Assembly: GCA_047602425.1 (NCBI GenBank)
Contig: JASGHG010000001.1
Coordinates: 4,896,001 to 4,960,000 of the forward strand
DNA length: 64,000 nucleotides
Reading direction: 5' to 3'
Source of the DNA: Nibricoccus sp.
GTDB taxonomy: Bacteria; Verrucomicrobiota; Verrucomicrobiia; Opitutales; Opitutaceae
Part shown: piece by piece, positions 58,466 through 64,000 of the stretch
Numbering within the stretch: the first letter of the stretch is position 1
Layout: each line of letters opens with the position of its first letter
Notes under the pieces: generated by a model
Database searches by the model: none
The model's input: the letters and a program-made list of their open reading frames with translations, nothing else
Told to the model about the DNA's origin: nothing
Translations under genes and position numbers: made by a program

Positions 58466-59548
58466 GTGACTGCCGTTCCCCAATCCGCCGATCCGTTCGG
58501 CCACAGCCTTCTAGCACGCCGTCTGGAGCAAATTCCCGCGACGCTCGCCGCCATGTTGGAGCGCGGTCCGGCCCCGTTAAAAATGGCCACGCTGGCATCT
58601 GGACGCTTCATCATCACCGGCACCGGCAGCTCCGAGGCTCATGCCCGCTACCTCACGATGCTGCTCAATCTTCACACCGGCCGTTCCGCTGCCTATTTAC
58701 CGCTGTCCGGTTTTACCGCCCAACATAAAAGCGCGTTTGCCGGCAAAACCCTCGTTGTCTTCAGCCAGGGTCTCTCCCCCAACGCCCAACTTTCCTTTCG
58801 CCGGCGTAGTGACTTTTCTCATACGGTACTTTTCACCGCCACCACGCCGTCGACCGCCCGGGCCGCCGGCAAACACGACCGAGCCGCGCTTCTTCAGCAA
58901 TTTCTCGACGAAGGCGGCGACCTGATCGAGTTTCCGCTCGCCGAGGAATACACGACGCTCATCCGCTTCGTGGGTCCAATGGCGGGTTATCTGGCCTGCC
59001 TGCAATTCACCGCGCAACTTTCCTGCTGCCGATTCAAAGTGCCACCCACGGCTGAGATTCTGCGCCTGCTCAATTCGCAGCCACCAAGCGAGCTTCTCGA
59101 AGCCATGCTGCAGACGCCCGCGCGTTTTGCGGCAGGATTTTCACTCGTCACCGCCGCGCCCATTTCGGAGTTCGCCCAAAATCTCGCCTGCAAATTCATG
59201 GAAGGTCTTTTTTGGCTCTGTCCACCTGTCTCGGATTTCCTGCAGTTTGCCCACGGCCCTTTCCAGCAAACCGCCGCCCGTCCGCACCCCGTCGTCATTC
59301 TGCAAGGCGATGCGCCGGTCGAGGTCGAATTGGTCAGCCGCAGCCTCGCCATGCTGCGCACCATCGGACTTGACGCCTACGTGATTAAAATCGACGCACC
59401 TCCGCTCATCTCGATTTTCGGCTTTGAAGCCGCGCTCAATCAAATCGTTATTACCCTTATAAAACAGTTCGGCATCGATCAGGTCAACTGGCCTGGCAAA
59501 GGCCGCGACGACCAGCTGTACGGCTTTTGCAGCGACACAGGTTCTTAG
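58466..59548 (+). CDS. Two-SIS-domain sugar-phosphate isomerase/deglycase-like protein (GlmS C-terminal/FrlB-like)
   Basis: ITGTGSS, VFSQG, KFMEG, QFAHGP; GTG start inferred. Confidence 0.7.
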   Translation: MTAVPQSADPFGHSLLARRLEQIPATLAAMLERGPAPLKMATLASGRFIITGTGSSEAHARYLTMLLNLHTGRSAAYLPLSGFTAQHKSAFAGKTLVVFSQGLSPNAQLSFRRRSDFSHTVLFTATTPSTARAAGKHDRAALLQQFLDEGGDLIEFPLAEEYTTLIRFVGPMAGYLACLQFTAQLSCCRFKVPPTAEILRLLNSQPPSELLEAMLQTPARFAAGFSLVTAAPISEFAQNLACKFMEGLFWLCPPVSDFLQFAHGPFQQTAARPHPVVILQGDAPVEVELVSRSLAMLRTIGLDAYVIKIDAPPLISIFGFEAALNQIVITLIKQFGIDQVNWPGKGRDDQLYGFCSDTGS

Positions 59549-60333
59549 AGCGTCCTCACGTCCGGGAGCTTGCATTCGACCATCACGGGCCGATGGTCCG
59601 AAAGCATGGAGCGCACGACGAGGCAGTAGACCTCCACGCATTCCGGCGGCAGAAAAATAAAATCGAGCATGCGGCGCGGCAGCGGCGAGGGAAACGTCCG
59701 CGCATTTTGCGGATGCAGCGAATAGTTTCCGTGCTGCGAAAAATATTTGAAGAGCGACGCGGTGGCATCGGCCTTGTGCGAGGGATTATTCATGTCGCCG
59801 CACACGATCGGCGGGACCTGCCAGTGCGCATGGCGTAGGATGCGTTTTTTGTTAAGATAATCCATCACCTGCGCGACCTGCCGGATGCGATGGGCGCGCG
59901 AACGATAGTGCAGGTGCATGTTCACCAGCGGCACACGGCGGCCCTGGACGTCGAATTCGGCAAAGAGAAAGCCTTTTTCCCCCATGCGTTTCTGGCCAAA
60001 CGCGATGTTCTCCCATTCTGCGATGGGATGTTTGGACAAAAAGGCGTTGCCATAATTCAATTTCAACAGGCCCGTGCGGCGGTTATTGATGCCGTAAACC
60101 GCATGAGGGAATTTGGTGAACTCTCGCAGAAACTCCAATTGATCGAAGCGCCCGGCCCAAATCGAGTACTCGTCGATCTCCTGAAGCGCCACGATATCGG
60201 GATTCAATTTCTCGATCAGTTTCGCGATGCGCAGCAAAATCGAGCGGATGCGACGCCGCGAGGTCAGCCCTTGGATCGGCTGAAGCCCCCGGCCATGGGC
60301 GATATTGTAGGTGACGATGCGCAGCCTTTGCAT
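59545..60333 (-). CDS. Endonuclease/exonuclease/phosphatase family protein
   Basis: TYNI, DIVALQE, YGNA, GDMN, TFPS, LDFI, SDHRP. Confidence 0.92.
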   Translation of the reverse strand: MQRLRIVTYNIAHGRGLQPIQGLTSRRRIRSILLRIAKLIEKLNPDIVALQEIDEYSIWAGRFDQLEFLREFTKFPHAVYGINNRRTGLLKLNYGNAFLSKHPIAEWENIAFGQKRMGEKGFLFAEFDVQGRRVPLVNMHLHYRSRAHRIRQVAQVMDYLNKKRILRHAHWQVPPIVCGDMNNPSHKADATASLFKYFSQHGNYSLHPQNARTFPSPLPRRMLDFIFLPPECVEVYCLVVRSMLSDHRPVMVECKLPDVRTL

Positions 60334-60421
60334 GGCGTGCATCAAACATTAACCTGAATCCCAGATAATCAACGGGAAATGCAGGCCACAAAGGGTGGAA
60401 AAAATCCTTGCGAAGAAGGGA

Positions 60422-60450
60422 TTGACAGCGCCGTTGGAGGCCGTGAAATT
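60422..60450 (+). promoter_or_regulatory. Candidate sigma70 promoter for tRNA-His
   Basis: TTGACA at 60422-60427 with a weak -10 (tgaaatt) just upstream of the tRNA. Confidence 0.45.
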
Positions 60451-60464
60451 CGCCGACCTTTTAC

Positions 60465-60542
60465 GGCGGTCATAGCTCAGTTGGTTAGAGCACAAGATTG
60501 TGGATCTTGGGGTCGCGGGTTCGAATCCCGTTGGCCGCCCCA
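60465..60542 (+). tRNA. tRNA-His (GTG)
   Basis: G-1, acceptor stem GCGGTCA/TGGCCGC, D arm, anticodon stem CAAGA/TCTTG with GTG, GTTCGAATC T loop, C73 and encoded CCA. Confidence 0.97.
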
Positions 60543-60815
60543 TTTTTGGGAGGACTGGGAGGGTTAAGGCGGAGGGCAAATCACGGATCACCTAACTCCC
60601 GGGATGAGAATTTGCGAAGCGGTTAGACGCAGCGAGCAACATTTCTCAAATGCGTCCGCCGCCTTCTGGACGCGGGAAAAAATCCATTCCGACGCGCGCC
60701 CAAGCCACGCCGCACTGAATGCGCCGCTTGTTCAGCAGAACTACGGAGGTCCTAGCCCGGTAGTGCGGGTTGCGCCGTTGGGAGAAACGGCGCGATGTTT
60801 CAAAATTCCAGCAAC

Positions 60816-62393
60816 CTAGAGCGTAAGTTCGAACGCCGAGAAATCGGCCGCGCCTTTTGGCGCACCGCCAGCCGCCGCGGAGGCGAAAAGGCCGACTTTG
60901 GCTCCCACCCACATACTGCTGGTGGCTTTGAAGATCCCACCGAAGCGCTTAAACGTCTCGCCATCGGAGCTGAAAGAAAATTCGTAGCCCGCGCCCGGAT
61001 TCACATGCACGCGCAAAAAAATCGACGCGATGTCCACAGGCTGTTCGGCAAGATCTTTTTCGAGTCCGCCTTTTTGGGCCTGCTCACAGCCGCGAATGAC
61101 CAACTTGATTCCATCGGCATGCTTGACCAAACCAAGCCAGGCATAGTCGTAACCGAAAACCATCAAACCGGCGGAATCGTTCTCACTGATTGGACGAAAT
61201 TGAATGCAAACGGTCGCCGTGAAAGCCGGCGCGGGAAACTTCTGCATGAGCAGATGCGCCGCATTCCAGTGCGAGTCAGGTGCAGGCTGTGGCACGCACC
61301 GCAAGGTGAGCACACCCGCCTCCGCGTTGATCGTGGCCCAATCCGCTTTGGGATTGGCCTGCCACTGCCATTGCGCGGCGAGTTTGTCCCCTGTGAAATC
61401 GTCCGACATCGCGGGCACGGCGAGTCCTTGCGCGGGCAAAGCCGGTTTTTTGTACATAACCACCGGTTCCCCCCGTTCATCGCCGTCGGGATCAATGCCG
61501 ATCACCGGCCAGTCGTTTTCAAGCCAGCGCATGGGTTGCAGATGCACAACGCGTCCGTAGGCGGGCAATTCCTGAAAATGGAAAAACCAGTGTTCGCCCT
61601 CCGCGGTCTCGACCCACGCGCCCTGATGCGGGCCGTTGATCGCGGTGCCGCCGCGATCCATGACGTTCCGCGCCTCGTACGGTCCGTCGATTTTTCGCGA
61701 ACGGAAAACCGCTTGGTAGCCCTCGGCTACACCACCGGCGGGAGCGAGAACATAGTACCAGCCGTTGCGCTTGTGAAATTTCGGGCCCTCGATCGTGTGC
61801 CAGCCCGGCATCTTGTTGCCGTCGATGATAACTTTTCCCTCGTCGACCACACGCGTGGCGTCGGCCGACAGTTTGTGTACGGTCAGCTGGTTGTTGATGC
61901 CGGAGCGGCTGCGCGCCCAGCCGTGCACAAGGTAAACCTGGCCGTCGTCGTCCCAGAGCGGGCACGGGTCGATCAGGCCTTTGCCGGCTTTGACCATGAT
62001 CGGATCGGACCAGCGGCCGCGGGGATCGTCGGTCGTGATGACGTAGATGCCGAAATCCGGATCCGGATAAAAGATCCAAAACTTGCCCGCGTGGTGACGG
62101 ATCGACGGAGCCCAGACGCCCTGGCCATGGCGTGGTTGCGAAAAATGCTCCTGTGGCACGAGCGCCGGCAAGGCATGGCCGACGAGCGTCCAGTTGACGA
62201 GGTCGCGCGAATGCAAGATTGGCAGGCCGGGCGCGTGGCTGAAACTCGACGCCGTCATCCAAAAGTCGCCCCCCACCCGCACGACGTCGGGATCGGAATA
62301 ATCGGCGAAGAGAACCGGATTGCGGTAGTGGCCATCGCCGCAATCGGCGGTCCAGGGGATGTTGTGCACAGATGGTAGCGTCTGCGTGGTCAT
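60816..62393 (-). CDS. GH43 glycoside hydrolase with C-terminal beta-sandwich
   Basis: YRNPVLFADYSDPD, WAPSI, IDP, IEGPK, PHQG, DDF...QWQW. Confidence 0.92.
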   Translation of the reverse strand: MTTQTLPSVHNIPWTADCGDGHYRNPVLFADYSDPDVVRVGGDFWMTASSFSHAPGLPILHSRDLVNWTLVGHALPALVPQEHFSQPRHGQGVWAPSIRHHAGKFWIFYPDPDFGIYVITTDDPRGRWSDPIMVKAGKGLIDPCPLWDDDGQVYLVHGWARSRSGINNQLTVHKLSADATRVVDEGKVIIDGNKMPGWHTIEGPKFHKRNGWYYVLAPAGGVAEGYQAVFRSRKIDGPYEARNVMDRGGTAINGPHQGAWVETAEGEHWFFHFQELPAYGRVVHLQPMRWLENDWPVIGIDPDGDERGEPVVMYKKPALPAQGLAVPAMSDDFTGDKLAAQWQWQANPKADWATINAEAGVLTLRCVPQPAPDSHWNAAHLLMQKFPAPAFTATVCIQFRPISENDSAGLMVFGYDYAWLGLVKHADGIKLVIRGCEQAQKGGLEKDLAEQPVDIASIFLRVHVNPGAGYEFSFSSDGETFKRFGGIFKATSSMWVGAKVGLFASAAAGGAPKGAADFSAFELTL

Positions 62394-62409
62394 GAAGAGG
62401 AAAAGGGAA

Positions 62410-63372
62410 TCAAGGATTTGTTGCGGCGGGATGCCAGTCATCATTTCCGGCGAGGACTTTTTCGGCGGTAAACGCGGCAGCTTCTTCGGCCGTGAGCTGT
62501 TTGGCCCAGGGCACGCGTTTTGCGGTATCGGCCCCGCTGCCGGTGTTGGCATGTTCGGCATAGCGGGCAGTCTGCTCGTTGGCCGGCTTGCCCCAGTTGT
62601 GCCAGCCCTCGGGGCGGACGACGTCGGACATTTCGCAGTTCAGGAAAACCGTCATCGCATGCGGGCGCCAGGGGCGGCCCAGGAGCGTGCGCACATCGGG
62701 CTTCGCGCCAACGATTTTGCAATGCGAAAAAATCAGCCCGTAAGGCTGGTCCTGCGGCGTGGAGGCCGCGGTGATGTAGTTGCCGCCATCGATGCGGATT
62801 GTGCAATGGTCGAAATACGATGTACCCGCGCCAAAAATAAAATCCGTCGCACCGGCAATCAGGCAATCCTTGAAGTAGTGGCGGCCGCGGTTGACGAGGA
62901 CCGTGTCCTGCCAGCCGAGAAAATGGCAATTGCGGAAGACAACGCGATCGCCATCCACCCGCACGGCGAGGGCCTGGCCCACGGGACCGGCGGCATTCTC
63001 AAGCGTGAGATTTTCCACCACGAAGTCGTCGGCATCGATATAGACGGTGGCCGTGCGAAACGTGCCGATCGGCTTGCCGTCGGGCCCGAGGGTCTTTGCG
63101 GAGAGCGACGCGGTGATTTTGGTCGTCTCGGCATTTTCGCCGACGAGCCGGATGCGGCCGCGTTCGCGCTGCACATAGACTACTTCGGAGTACGTGCCGG
63201 GTTTGATCAGGATCGTCCAATATTTGCCGGCAGGAATCGGTTGTGGAGCAGCGGCTATGGCGTCTTGCACTGATTTGAACTGACCGGAGCCGTCGAGCGC
63301 AACCACGGCATCGGCGGCGGAAAGTCGCGCCGCAAGGCCGAGCAATAGAAAGATGAATGCGTGGAGTTTCAT
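62410..63372 (-). CDS. Pectinesterase (CE8)
   Basis: GTY.E, QALA, QDT, DFIFG, LGRPW; signal peptide. Confidence 0.93.
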   Translation of the reverse strand: MKLHAFIFLLLGLAARLSAADAVVALDGSGQFKSVQDAIAAAPQPIPAGKYWTILIKPGTYSEVVYVQRERGRIRLVGENAETTKITASLSAKTLGPDGKPIGTFRTATVYIDADDFVVENLTLENAAGPVGQALAVRVDGDRVVFRNCHFLGWQDTVLVNRGRHYFKDCLIAGATDFIFGAGTSYFDHCTIRIDGGNYITAASTPQDQPYGLIFSHCKIVGAKPDVRTLLGRPWRPHAMTVFLNCEMSDVVRPEGWHNWGKPANEQTARYAEHANTGSGADTAKRVPWAKQLTAEEAAAFTAEKVLAGNDDWHPAATNP

Positions 63373-63380
63373 CGGTAAAA

Positions 63381-64000
63381 TCAGTTGGCGGACGGCAGCC
63401 AGCCGTTGAAACGCATCCACTCCTCGGCGCGAAGCGGCCATTTGGCGGTTGGGCCGTATTGCGGATCAAGGCTGTCGCCATGCGAGCCCTTGCCGTAGAC
63501 GTGCATCTCGGCGGGAACCTTCGCGTCGCGCAGGGCCTGATAGAAGTGCAGCGAATTTTCGACGGGCACCGAAGTGTCGGCCATCGTGGCGGCGAGAAAT
63601 ACGGGTGGCATGTCCTTCCGCGCGTGTCTTTCCAGCGAAAGGCGATCGATAAGTTCTGGCGATGGGTTCGGCCCGAGAAGATTTTCGCGCGAGCCTTTGT
63701 GTGTGCGGCTGGCGTCCATCGTGATGACCGGATAAACGAGGATCACGAAATCGGGCCGTGCATTTACGGCGTCAATTGGATCGCCGGACTGGCCGGCCGG
63801 ATCGTCCCAAAACGTCGCCGCGCTCGCCGCCACATGTCCGCCGGCGGAGGCACCAAACACACCGATGCGCTCAGGCTTTATGCCGAAGTCCGCCGCGCGC
63901 GAACGCACGATGCGGATGGCGCGCAACACATCGAGCAGCGGCGCGGGATGGAGAGTTTTCACGCGGTATTTCAAAACAAAGACGGTCACACCGAGGGCAT
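63381..64000 (-). CDS. Alpha/beta hydrolase (esterase), 5' end lies beyond the window
   Basis: LKYR, GASAGGH, RPDF..LVYPVI, D.SVPVENS, HG. Confidence 0.85.
   Translation of the reverse strand, partial: ALGVTVFVLKYRVKTLHPAPLLDVLRAIRIVRSRAADFGIKPERIGVFGASAGGHVAASAATFWDDPAGQSGDPIDAVNARPDFVILVYPVITMDASRTHKGSRENLLGPNPSPELIDRLSLERHARKDMPPVFLAATMADTSVPVENSLHFYQALRDAKVPAEMHVYGKGSHGDSLDPQYGPTAKWPLRAEEWMRFNGWLPSAN

Noticed and set aside
60465..60815. Genomic island integrated at tRNA-His
   Set aside because: No integrase and no duplicated tRNA 3' end seen; downstream genes are ordinary glycan enzymes
60795..62378. 527 aa + strand ORF
   Set aside because: Antisense shadow of the GH43 gene with no recognisable motifs; typical of GC-rich codon bias

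Overview
About 50 genes from a GC-rich bacterial chromosome. The gene content and the C/T-rich translation starts without Shine-Dalgarno sequences suggest Verrucomicrobiota (Opitutaceae-like); this is an inference. (1) 1-13.8 kb is a + strand catabolic cluster: carboxylesterase, GH43 (1-nt frameshift), RuBisCO-like protein (form IV), DUF1537/OiaK-type acid-sugar kinase (1-nt frameshift), Asp/Glu racemase-family protein, BASS transporter, two paralogous uncharacterised helical proteins, and glcD/glcF-type glycolate oxidase. It resembles an RLP-dependent apionate route with attached glycolate disposal. It is interspersed with several imperfect palindromic 7-9-mer repeat elements: one lies in frame inside glcF, and one supplies both the glcD stop and the glcF start. 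(2) An ECF sigma, a putative anti-sigma and an S9 peptidase homolog that appears catalytically dead. (3) Housekeeping and envelope genes: ndk, cysK, photolyase, glnD, rluE, aminotransferase, secG, sulP, parB, degQ with a two-component system, and tRNA-His. (4) Plant-glycan enzymes: GH51, GH2, GH31, GH27, a second GH43, pectin methylesterase. (5) An unusual tandem-domain GTP cyclohydrolase II homolog lacking the RibA Tyr105 equivalent, followed by a TPM-like gene and a GlmS/FrlB-like SIS protein. No transposase, integrase, prophage or CRISPR array was seen. All family calls come from motif recognition by eye; no database search was run.
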